Shown here in pieces: positions 17,960 through 27,800 of a stretch of DNA of 64,000 bases (position 1 is its first letter; every line of letters starts with the position of its first letter). Source of the stretch: Candidatus Cloacimonadales bacterium (GTDB lineage: Bacteria; Cloacimonadota; Cloacimonadia; Cloacimonadales; JAFGVF01); the NCBI GenBank assembly GCA_963667035.1, contig OY762964.1:2464001-2528000 (forward strand). Reading direction: 5' to 3'. The notes beneath the pieces were generated by a model that made no database searches, was not told the origin of the DNA, and worked only from the letters and a program-made list of their open reading frames with translations. The position numbers and the translations under genes were made by a program.

Positions 17960-19759
17960 ATGAAAAAAATATATATCGTTTTATTATTAGTATCGCTACT
18001 AATTCCATTGTTTGCAGGTGATTTGAAAGTTGCAACAAGTGTTAATAGTAGTACTATTGGCTTACAAGATGTTCTAACTTTCAAAGTAATAGTATCTGGA
18101 GAAGATGCTAATAAAATTGATACTCCATCTTTACCTGACATAAAAGGTTTTGCTTTTAGAAGTGTTAATAACTCTGTAAGTTCATCTTTTAGCTTTGTTA
18201 ATGGAAAATCATCGTCTAGTTTTACGAAAACTTTTACATACACATTAATCCCTAAAGAAAAGGGAATGTTCACTATACCTCCGGTTAAGCTTTCTCACAA
18301 TAACGAGAACTTTGAAACGAAGCCATTACAAGTGAAAGTGATTGAAGGTACTACAAATACTAGTAAATCTAGAACTCGTAGATCACAATCCATATTTGAT
18401 AACTTCTATGATGAGACTTCTCAGCAGTCTAGCAATGATGGAGAGATTTTTATCGTTGCTGAACCAGATAAGAAATCTGTTTTTAAAGGCGAACCAATTA
18501 ATGTAACTTACAATCTTTACACAAACCAAGAACTTTCAGGCTTATCAATTTCTGATGAGAAAGACCATCCCGGATATGGGAAAGAGGAAACCTATACTGC
18601 AAGTGAGCTTAGATTTAGTATTAAGGATTATAAGGGACAAAATTATAGAGCTTTAACTATTAAAAAAGTTAGACTCATGCCTAACATTACGGGGAAGATA
18701 ACAGTACCGACACTTGAGTTAGAAGCAAGACTAGGACTCGATATCGGTAGCTTTTGGTCGATGGGCTCCCCTCAAAGAAAGATAATAAGAAATGCACCTG
18801 TAAACATTCAAGTAAAAGACTTACCATCTGATGGAAAACCTGCTTCCTTCAATGGAGCAGTAGGTAAGTTTAAACTAAATGCAGAAATAAACTCATTGGA
18901 TATTAAAGCAGGTGATTCTTTCCAATATACACTAACAATAACTGGAGAAGGAAATATTTCTAACTTCTCTGCTCCAGAGTTTCCAGAATTACAAAATATG
19001 CGCGTTATGAGCCCTGAAATTCAGAATGAGGATATTAACACTAAAAATGCTACAAAGTCCGTAAAATACCTTGTTATTGCCCAAGAAAAGGGTATTTATA
19101 ATATACCGACTATTGAATTCTCTTATTTTGATTCTTCACTCAAAAGCTATATCACTCTTAATACAAAAGAGTTTACATTGAATGTGAAAGAAGGCGATCA
19201 AAGATTCGGTAATGCTGCAGGATATGTTCAAAGTGTTGTAAATCTTGAAGGAAGAGATATAGATTATATAGTCCAAACGAAAAAGATTATGAACTTCAGA
19301 CCTTTATATTCTTCAGCGTTTTACTGGTTACTTATACTACTTATTATTATCAGCTTACCTATAACCTATTATTTTGTTCAACAACAAGATAGGTTGGCAG
19401 GAAACTCTGATTTATTAAGGCAAAAGAATGCTTCTAAAATACTTAAAAAATATCTTAATCTTGCATCCCAGCATGCTAGTAACAAGCATGCTGATTTCTA
19501 TGCCACTGCTCAGAATGGTCTCACAAAATACTTAACAGATAAACTAAGAATTCATATGGGATTAAAAACGGATGACATATTAGATAGCATGAGAAAGCAA
19601 GATATTCCAGAACAACTGATTAATAGCGTTGATGCTTTCTTTAAGACTTGTAACCAAGCCCGATTTATGCCAGGTGGTACTTCTCCAAAACAAATCAGCA
19701 GTGACTATGAAATCTTAAAGAAACTAGTGCAAGATATTAGCAGATTAAAACTAAAATAA
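17960..19759 (+). CDS. batD: BatD-like exported protein
   Basis: Signal peptide, SFSFVNG, KKSVFKGEP, FNGAVGKF, GEGNI, FSYFD, C-terminal TM and ARFMPG. Confidence 0.85.
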   Translation: MKKIYIVLLLVSLLIPLFAGDLKVATSVNSSTIGLQDVLTFKVIVSGEDANKIDTPSLPDIKGFAFRSVNNSVSSSFSFVNGKSSSSFTKTFTYTLIPKEKGMFTIPPVKLSHNNENFETKPLQVKVIEGTTNTSKSRTRRSQSIFDNFYDETSQQSSNDGEIFIVAEPDKKSVFKGEPINVTYNLYTNQELSGLSISDEKDHPGYGKEETYTASELRFSIKDYKGQNYRALTIKKVRLMPNITGKITVPTLELEARLGLDIGSFWSMGSPQRKIIRNAPVNIQVKDLPSDGKPASFNGAVGKFKLNAEINSLDIKAGDSFQYTLTITGEGNISNFSAPEFPELQNMRVMSPEIQNEDINTKNATKSVKYLVIAQEKGIYNIPTIEFSYFDSSLKSYITLNTKEFTLNVKEGDQRFGNAAGYVQSVVNLEGRDIDYIVQTKKIMNFRPLYSSAFYWLLILLIIISLPITYYFVQQQDRLAGNSDLLRQKNASKILKKYLNLASQHASNKHADFYATAQNGLTKYLTDKLRIHMGLKTDDILDSMRKQDIPEQLINSVDAFFKTCNQARFMPGGTSPKQISSDYEILKKLVQDISRLKLK

Positions 19760-19769
19760 AGGAGCTATC

Positions 19770-20537
19770 ATGAAGAGATTAATTTTATTATCATTTCTAT
19801 TTGTTTACCTCACATTAAGTGCAGTAACTCTTCCTGATAATGCCTTATTTATATCAGGTAATGACGCATATGCAGAAAAAGACTTTGATAAAGCTTTAGA
19901 TTCTTATAATCAGCTAATTGAAAGAGGTATAGAAAATGCTGACCTCTATTATAATATTGGCAATTGCTATTTTAGAAAGAGTAAATTGGGACCTGCAATT
20001 TTGAACTATAAGAGAGCATTAAGAATAGACTCATCACATAAACTTGCAAGAAGAAATCTACGTTTTACACTCTCATTAACAAAGGATAAACAAGAAGATA
20101 ACTCAAACGGTTTCATTGGTAGCCTTTGGTCTAAACTATTCAGTTTCTTTAATCTTAATAGAAGCCTGTTTATTAATCTTGCATTATTAACAATGATTGT
20201 AAGTATGATTGTTTTGATACTAATAAGATATAGGCATAGAGAGAAATCAGTTCCAATTTTTGTTTTAACTATTTTAATCCTATTTTTCTCAATGAGTTTG
20301 ATAATCAGTATAGCAAGAATTAGTAGTTATTCAAGTCATAAACCTGCTGTGTTAATGAGTGAATCAACAATTGGATATAGCGGACCTGGAGAAGATTTTT
20401 CTAGAGTATTCACTATTCATGAAGGCATGAATCTTATTCTTGAAGAATTTCAAAAAGACTGGACTCTAGTTAAATTGCCTAATGGTTTAGGTGGATGGAT
20501 TCCCAATAATACATATTTGCTTGTTAACCCCAGATAA
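19770..20537 (+). CDS. batE: BatE-like TPR and SH3 domain protein
   Basis: YYNIGNCYFR, AILNYKRAL, two TM helices, SGPG...IHEG...GWI SH3b-like end. Confidence 0.85.
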   Translation: MKRLILLSFLFVYLTLSAVTLPDNALFISGNDAYAEKDFDKALDSYNQLIERGIENADLYYNIGNCYFRKSKLGPAILNYKRALRIDSSHKLARRNLRFTLSLTKDKQEDNSNGFIGSLWSKLFSFFNLNRSLFINLALLTMIVSMIVLILIRYRHREKSVPIFVLTILILFFSMSLIISIARISSYSSHKPAVLMSESTIGYSGPGEDFSRVFTIHEGMNLILEEFQKDWTLVKLPNGLGGWIPNNTYLLVNPR

Positions 20538-20557
20538 TTTCTTAGAATTCGATTAGA

Positions 20558-21136
20558 TTATGAATTATTGTTTAAGAAGAATTCTTTTACATCTTCTCTA
20601 ATTTCTCTAGGAACCAATTTGTCTATACTTTGACCCGAAGCAACACAATCTCTTATTTCGGTTGATGAAATTGGCATAGGAACAATATTAAAAAATGATA
20701 TCTGTTTAGGAAGTCTATTCACATCAACGGGTTTTGCGTCAGGACGAGTAAAGAAGGCAAAATGTACATTTTCAAGCAACCAATTATAATCATGCCATTT
20801 ATGTAATGTTTCCAGAATATCTGCTCCTGCAATAAAGATAAACTCATCCTGAGGATTGTTTTGCTTCAAGCGTATCAATAAGTTTTTAGTAAAACTAACT
20901 CCATATATTGGAGAGTCCATATCAGATACCATAAAATCTGAATATCTATTTACTGTCTTCCTTGTCCATTCATATCTTATATCATAAGGGGTATCATCAG
21001 TTAATTTAGAATGATGCAAGCCGACAGGAACAAACATCACCTTATCGACTTGCAAAAGTTTTATAGCTTGCTTTGCTATATGAATATGACCTAAATGAAT
21101 GGGGTTAAAAGAACCACCTAGTACTGCAATTCTCAC
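20558..21136 (-). CDS. nadD: Nicotinate-nucleotide adenylyltransferase
   Basis: GGSFNPIHLGH, IAGAD..L.KWH, ISSTEIR. Confidence 0.93.
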   Translation of the reverse strand: MRIAVLGGSFNPIHLGHIHIAKQAIKLLQVDKVMFVPVGLHHSKLTDDTPYDIRYEWTRKTVNRYSDFMVSDMDSPIYGVSFTKNLLIRLKQNNPQDEFIFIAGADILETLHKWHDYNWLLENVHFAFFTRPDAKPVDVNRLPKQISFFNIVPMPISSTEIRDCVASGQSIDKLVPREIREDVKEFFLNNNS

Positions 21137-21138
21137 AC

Positions 21139-21888
21139 TTAGTGATTACCTTCGACTTCCTTGATTTTAAATAGTAGCTTCTTTGCTTTCTTGGCAATCT
21201 TTGTGTCAGGATATCTATCTAACACAACAGCCAAATGGGCTTTAGATATATCATACTGTTTCCAATACTTATAAATGCTTGCTGCTATGAAATGGGAGTT
21301 CATGTCTAATTCATTTGTATTACCTAAGTCCATGATTTCCTGCAGATATAAAAGTGAAGCACTGTAATCCTGCATTTTATAATAAATTCTTCCATTCTCA
21401 TATTTCTTCTTAAGTAACTTATACTGGCATTCTTGGATATACCTTATAGCTTTATCTTTACGCACATCATTGGGGAATCTATCTAAGAAAATATTGAATG
21501 CATTAATTGCAGAATTTGTCTCTTCTTGAGTGTAATGAGATGGTAGAGATTCTTCAAAATAACATACACCTATTCTATAATAAGCATCTGAGATTTTCTC
21601 ATTATCCGGGAAAAGCTTTATCATTTGCTCATATTCTAATCTAGCATCATAGTACTTATCATCTTCATAATAACAATCGGCAAGTTTCATTTGAGCAACA
21701 GAAGTTAGAAGTGTTGTTCTTTCAAAGATAATGTCCTGATAAAGAATTGCAGCTTTAGTATATTTCTTCTTGTTGAAAAGAGCATCGGCTTCAGCCATCT
21801 TTTCCTCAGCAGGTCTGTTATCAACGTTTTTGGAACAAGCAACAAATGTAAAAAGGATAACAAGTATCCAGAATATGTATTTTTTCAT
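21139..21888 (-). CDS. bamD: Outer membrane protein assembly lipoprotein BamD
   Basis: Lipobox FVAC, TPRs, QEET..AI..F..FLDRFP, RIYYKM..Y.AS. Confidence 0.85.
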   Translation of the reverse strand: MKKYIFWILVILFTFVACSKNVDNRPAEEKMAEADALFNKKKYTKAAILYQDIIFERTTLLTSVAQMKLADCYYEDDKYYDARLEYEQMIKLFPDNEKISDAYYRIGVCYFEESLPSHYTQEETNSAINAFNIFLDRFPNDVRKDKAIRYIQECQYKLLKKKYENGRIYYKMQDYSASLLYLQEIMDLGNTNELDMNSHFIAASIYKYWKQYDISKAHLAVVLDRYPDTKIAKKAKKLLFKIKEVEGNH

Positions 21889-21901
21889 ATATGACTCCTA
21901 A

Positions 21902-22399
21902 TTAATCTAGACTCCATAAACCAAAGATAAGAGATGCTACTGCTAGAGTAATTATTACAGGTTCATACCATTTGAACCTAATACCAGACTCTGTTCTCTT
22001 TTCATTTGTAAACATCTCTGAAGTTGAGATAAACTCTATCTTATGCGTTTCTATGTCAATTGCTTTAACTGTTATTCGTTGGATATTCTTATTTCTGTGA
22101 TTCAATTCTTGTTGATTTTCCTCCGGAGTAACAATTGATATTGCTATTGATAAGATTAAATCAGACTCGGCGGGTTTTTCATAAACAGTTACATCATTAT
22201 CAATGAGATACTTCTTTATATTATTAACAAGAGTTTTGTTAACATGCTTTCCATTTTTTTCTACGGATATACTTTTCGTTTTTAAGAAATCAATTTTATC
22301 GATAGGAAATAGCTGATTTAAATAACTGCTAGAATCAATACCGAAAACTAATATCGGTAAGATAAAAAGAATAAGTAGGATGACTGTTTTTTTCATCAT
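21902..22399 (-). CDS. Hypothetical exported protein with a C-terminal TM anchor
   Basis: Signal peptide and C-terminal WYEPVIITLAVASLIFGLW; translationally coupled in the operon. Confidence 0.65.
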   Translation of the reverse strand: MMKKTVILLILFILPILVFGIDSSSYLNQLFPIDKIDFLKTKSISVEKNGKHVNKTLVNNIKKYLIDNDVTVYEKPAESDLILSIAISIVTPEENQQELNHRNKNIQRITVKAIDIETHKIEFISTSEMFTNEKRTESGIRFKWYEPVIITLAVASLIFGLWSLD

Positions 22400-23184
22400 T
22401 CAAGGCTTTTTAAAAATTGGTCTACTTTATACATTCTTTCATATTCTGGATAGAATCTTTTGATACTGTTTAATGTAGATTGGGCTTCCTCAGATTTCTC
22501 CAGTTTTATTTCACATAAGGCTACTTTGAATTTTGCATCTGGAGATTTTAATGATTCTGGATAATTTTCTTCAACTTTATTAAATTCTCTAATAGCCTTT
22601 TCATAGTCATCAGCATCATAATAAATCTCTCCGATCCAGTATTGTGAGTTTGCTGCAAGCTTATGTCTAGGGAAATCCCTTAGAAAATTATTAAATCCGG
22701 CAAGGGCCTCTTGTAGTTTGTTAGCATCATAGTTTTTCTTGGCATCACTATAAATTAGTTCAGGGCTTGCTGAGACTCTGGAATCGACTTTGGAACTATA
22801 TGTCTTGTTTCTTTGGACATGTTTATTCCCAGTTCTTTCTTGAAGTGAGAGGATAGCTTCAGCATCAGATTCCGCTGATTCAAGTAAAAATGAAATTCTA
22901 TTGCTATGAAATTCGACTTGATTATTTAGTTTAATCAAGTCTGAATGTAACTTCTTAATCTCCTCTGAGTCTTCTCCATTATGAGGGATATTAGCCAATT
23001 GTTGATCCATCTCATCAAGCCTGGTGTTAATGGATATTATATCATTCTCTAATAGATAAATCTTGCTCTTAGTATCACGGATTTCTTGTGAGTTTCTTTG
23101 TACATATTCACTGTTAGTGGCACATCCGGTAAAGAAACTAATTGTAACAGTATATAATATAATAGCAATTAAGTTTTTATTCAT
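22396..23184 (-). CDS. cpoB: Tol-Pal system CpoB/YbgF-like TPR lipoprotein
   Basis: Lipobox FTGC, coiled coil, FP.HKLAANSQYWIGEIYY, YPES.KSPDAKFK. Confidence 0.8.
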   Translation of the reverse strand: MNKNLIAIILYTVTISFFTGCATNSEYVQRNSQEIRDTKSKIYLLENDIISINTRLDEMDQQLANIPHNGEDSEEIKKLHSDLIKLNNQVEFHSNRISFLLESAESDAEAILSLQERTGNKHVQRNKTYSSKVDSRVSASPELIYSDAKKNYDANKLQEALAGFNNFLRDFPRHKLAANSQYWIGEIYYDADDYEKAIREFNKVEENYPESLKSPDAKFKVALCEIKLEKSEEAQSTLNSIKRFYPEYERMYKVDQFLKSLE

Positions 23185-23206
23185 GATAACTCCATTAAAT
23201 GAAAAT

Positions 23207-23230
23207 GGAAGGTACTATATCGTACCTTCC
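23207..23230 (-). terminator. Hairpin after the M18 aminopeptidase gene, possible terminator
   Basis: GGAAGGTAC-TATATC-GTACCTTCC; the U-tract is weak. Confidence 0.5.
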
Positions 23231-23241
23231 TGTTAAATTGA

Positions 23242-24651
23242 TTATGCTTTGTTAAGAAAAGTCTTGTAAGCTTTATATGTACTATATAGGTCAGCCTTAC
23301 TACACATTTCATAAAGAGAATGCATTCCTAATAATGGTGTACCGCAATCAATTACTTCAGCACCATCTTTTGCAAGGATGTATGCTATTGTTCCTCCGCC
23401 ACCAACATCTACATTTCCTAATGATCCCATTTGCCAGAAGGTCTTCCCTTCTTCAAAAATATTAATTACTTTTGCAGTAAATTCAGCATTAGCATCATTA
23501 CTTCCGCTTTTTCCTCCTGAACCTGTAAACTTGCAAATGTTAACACCATACCCCATCATTGGAGCATTCTGTTTTTCATGAACACCTGGATAATTTGGAT
23601 TAATACCTGCTGATACATCTGCGGAAAGAATATTAGTTTTAATAATTGTCTTACGTAATTTGTAATCGGTGCATTCTTCACCAGTCTGAACAATCAAATC
23701 ACCAATGAAATCTTTTAAAAAGATTGAATGAGCTCCTGTATTACCTACGCTACCGATCTCTTCTTTGTCTGCGAAATAGATTACTGAAGTTCTTTCAGGT
23801 GTCCCTTTACTATCTAATAGAGCCATCAAGGATGTGTATGCACAGATTCTATCATCTTGTCCATAACCTAAGACAAAACTTCTATCTATTCCGCAATCTC
23901 TTGCTTTTCCAGCAGGAACAACTTCTAATTCTGCAGAAATAAAATCGGCCTCAATTATTCCATACTTCTCATTGAGTAGTTTCATTGCATTCTTCTTCAT
24001 TGCATTCTTTTCTTTCTCATCTGAGACTGGAATGGCACTGAATACTAAGTTCATATTTCTAGCAGCAATAGCATCTCCAAGCTGTTTTGAATATTGCTCT
24101 TTTCTTGCTAAATGAGGAAGTAAATCCGGAATACAAAAAACTGGATCAGTATCATCTTCTCCTATACTGACATTAACAACTGTACCGTCTTTTTTTACTA
24201 TAACACCATGGAGGGCAAGAGGAGTTGATACCCATTGGTACTTTTTAATTCCACCATAATAATGTGTTCTCATCATTCCGAGCCCAGTTGAACCATCTTC
24301 AAACAGTGGATTCTGCTTTAAATCAACTCTCGGTGCATCTACATGTGATGCTATTACATTAACACCTTCGGTAATTGGTTTCTTTCCAATTACTGCAAAG
24401 GCAATTGATTTACCACGGAATGTTGCAAAAACTTTCTTAGTATTCTTTGTTTTTAGTATCTCTTTGAATCCGTTTTCTTTTAAAATTTCTACAGTACGAT
24501 TAATAGATTCTCGTTCTGTTTTGCATTCATCTAAGAATTTCTTATAATCTTCAGCAAAATCTAAGGCTGATTGTTGCTCTGTAGCTGAAGCTTTCTTCCA
24601 GAAATAATGGCGTTCATAAAGTAAATTGTCGTTCTGTTTCTTAGTTGCCAT
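23242..24651 (-). CDS. M18-family aminopeptidase (ApeA-like)
   Basis: CKTERE, SHVDAPR, YYGGIKKYQW, GQDDRIC, DKEEIGS, SADV, GGGGTIA, GMHS. Confidence 0.92.
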   Translation of the reverse strand: MATKKQNDNLLYERHYFWKKASATEQQSALDFAEDYKKFLDECKTERESINRTVEILKENGFKEILKTKNTKKVFATFRGKSIAFAVIGKKPITEGVNVIASHVDAPRVDLKQNPLFEDGSTGLGMMRTHYYGGIKKYQWVSTPLALHGVIVKKDGTVVNVSIGEDDTDPVFCIPDLLPHLARKEQYSKQLGDAIAARNMNLVFSAIPVSDEKEKNAMKKNAMKLLNEKYGIIEADFISAELEVVPAGKARDCGIDRSFVLGYGQDDRICAYTSLMALLDSKGTPERTSVIYFADKEEIGSVGNTGAHSIFLKDFIGDLIVQTGEECTDYKLRKTIIKTNILSADVSAGINPNYPGVHEKQNAPMMGYGVNICKFTGSGGKSGSNDANAEFTAKVINIFEEGKTFWQMGSLGNVDVGGGGTIAYILAKDGAEVIDCGTPLLGMHSLYEMCSKADLYSTYKAYKTFLNKA

Positions 24652-24821
24652 TTAATTCTCCTTTATACATTTATTTTCTTCATAATCTCTAAAGGTATTA
24701 ATTAGTGCATATTTATAATTTATGTCATATAATCAATGAAAAAATAGAGGTCAACAAAAAACATTGTTTTTGCTGAATTGTCTTGAAATATTATGTATGA
24801 TATGCTTATATTGTTTAATTG

Positions 24822-24851
24822 AAAAGGGTCTGCTGTATTCGGCAGACCCTT
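24822..24851 (-). terminator. Rho-independent terminator after the large surface-protein gene
   Basis: AAGGGTCTGC...GCAGACCCTT stem with a T-run on the minus strand. Confidence 0.75.
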
Positions 24852-24870
24852 ATATTCTATTATTCCGATA

Positions 24871-27800
24871 TTATTTCATCAGAATCATTTTCTTTGATCT
24901 AGTGTAAGAACCCGAGTTCATCTTGTAGAAGTATACACCACTGGATACTTGAGTTCCATTGGAATCTTTACCATCCCATACGATTGAGTGACGACCGGCA
25001 TTGTAATCTCCATCTGTAACTCTTGCTACTCTCTGACCCTTTATGTTATATATGTCGATTGTAACCAATGCATTATCTTTGAGATCAAAACTGATTGTTG
25101 TCTCAGGATTGAATGGGTTTGGATAGTTACCGCAAAGTGATGTTCTGTCGGGCATTACTACAGGATTCTCGCCTCCGAGTACGGCACCATCATTCATTAT
25201 CTGTATATCATCAATCATCATGAAGAAAGTTTGTTCGGATACACAGTTAAAAGCTACTCGAATTAACTCTTCTTGATAATCACTCAAATCAATCTCAAAG
25301 TTTGTCCATTCAAGAGGTAAATCAAGAGGGTTATCTCCTGAAATAACTGTGAAGTCTGATGGGTTTGTACTACCTGAAGAAACAAGTACTTTTAGTTGTT
25401 CAGGACCAAATTGTGTTGTGTATGAACGAGCCTTAAAGGATAATGTCGCAACTTCATTGGACATCTGAATCTTAGGTGTAATCATCCAGTCATCATTTGA
25501 ACCTGAATCTGCTGAAAAACATGCTCCATACCTATCTCCACTATAAGCATCGGCAAATTGAAGTGGTGGCACGGTTCCACTTGGATTAAAAACAATAAAT
25601 GACATTGGATCCGTTTCTCCAGGGAAATTTATCCCATTGGTGAATCCAAATGTATCTTCTCCATCTACATCGAGAAGAGTCCAATACTGCATTTCAGTCG
25701 CAAAGTCTTCATAACCTTCAAAATCTTCGGCGATTACTGGTGGATCGACTCCTATGAAAGTAACCATGATTGAATCACATGCAGGTGACTCTCCGGTAGG
25801 ACCACTATAAAGAGCTGTTACCTTATATTCATAAGTCTGATTGAGTACAACATCCTGATCAAGATAGAAATAAGTTGGTACAGTCTCAGAATTGATTACG
25901 ACATCATCTCTATATACATTGTAACCGACAAGATCTCTTGTTGCTATTGAAGGACCTGTCCAAGAAAGTTCTACTCCTTGATATGTTATATTATAATCAA
26001 GAGATGTAGGAGGATCAAATCCTACTGGTGGTTCATGATTGTCTGTTGTTACAAAAAGAGCATAATCTCCTGTTGCCCAACGACTGGTTCTACCATTTTT
26101 CTTAACTGCTCTTTCTGATACAGGAACATTATCAAATCTCGATATTCTAAGATAATAGAAACCGGACTCTGTGATATCTGCATCAATATAAGGATTCATG
26201 CTATCTGACCAACTGTCATCATCAAAAGCAAAAGAAGTAAATTCATCAACATTTGCCCCCAAATCGTTATAAGGTCCATATAAGAAAGCTGTTAAATCTA
26301 TTGTAGATCCTTCAATATTCTCTGTATGAATCTCAAGGTTAGCAGGAGCTGCCTGCCAGAATACATACCAGTCAACATCTGCTTCCGGTTCTATTACTGC
26401 TACATAGTCAACACAATCTAGTGCTATCTCGATTGCATCATCTGAGCTCTCATTATTGTCTGCCGTGTAAGCATAACCATGTAATGGAATCTCATGAATT
26501 TCTCTATCCTCTGTTACATTATCGACTATTGTCAACATTGCTTGTTTATGTCCTTCGGAAGTTGGAGCGAAATAGATGTCGAAGTCAACTTCTCCGAATT
26601 GTGGAATGTTGATTGGATAGGTATTATCATCAGATAATGAGAACTGATCAGCATTATCTCCACCTAAAACTATAGCCGGATCAATAACTGCATCTTGGTT
26701 GCCAAAGTTAGCAATTCTAATATTATAAGCAACAGAAGTTGAACCAACGTTTTCAACGCCAAAGTCAACATTAAGAGCACTGATTATAACATAGGGGCCA
26801 TCACTTGGTGGAATCATAAAGAATCTAGTATTAGGAATTACCGAACTAACTGTTCCTGTTGGTGGTGCGTTAGGATCAGGATTCGTTGTGTCGCTGTAGT
26901 AAAGTATACTTTTTGTATCTGTAACTGTAGTACAATAAAATTCTTCATCACTATCGCCATAACCACTCATATTCTCTTCAACAGCTATAACAAGATTAGA
27001 CATTCCGTCATAGAAGAACATGTTATCTAGTGGAAAGTCTATCCAACCCGCACCATCAGGAGGTGTAATTGTTGCATTGTACACCATTGTAAGATCTTCA
27101 ATTGGAATCCAAGAATCTCCATCAACATAACTGTCGTTAGTAGTGGTTCCCATGTAAATAACCCAATCAACACTTTCTTCTAGTACACCCGTACCATTAT
27201 AATTATATGATATAGAGTTTATGAAACCTGCTGATTCCATTTCTTCAGCTGTGTAGATGGACTGAGAATATGTATAACCATAGAATGGTTCGATAGGTAA
27301 ATGTTGATTTATTTCAGTTCCATCACCAACGATTACCATTCCTTCAGGTCTTGTAATAAGAGACCATACCGGACAATTTACTGCATCACCAACAAAGTTA
27401 TATGGTGTAATCTGCCAATAATATGTTGTTTCATATTCTAATGTTGTTGCTACATCATATGAAGTAGCCAATCCAACATCAACATTATCTAAAACATCTG
27501 TTGGAGGATTATCTGTTCCTAAAGAAATCTTATATCCATCTGGGTAATTAGTTGCAGGATCCCATTCAAAGTGAGGAGTTATACTCAAAAACTCTGACGC
27601 ATCAAGCGGAGCAACCAATGTTGTTGCTAGTGGTACATCATTAAATGTAGTAAATGACCATACAGGGCAATTTACTGCATTGCCGATAGCGTTATAAGGT
27701 ATTACCTGCCAATAATATTGAACACCAGCAGAGAGAGCTGGATAATCTATAACTGTTAAGCTACCGACATCCTGCATATTAAATATATCTGTTGGAGGAT

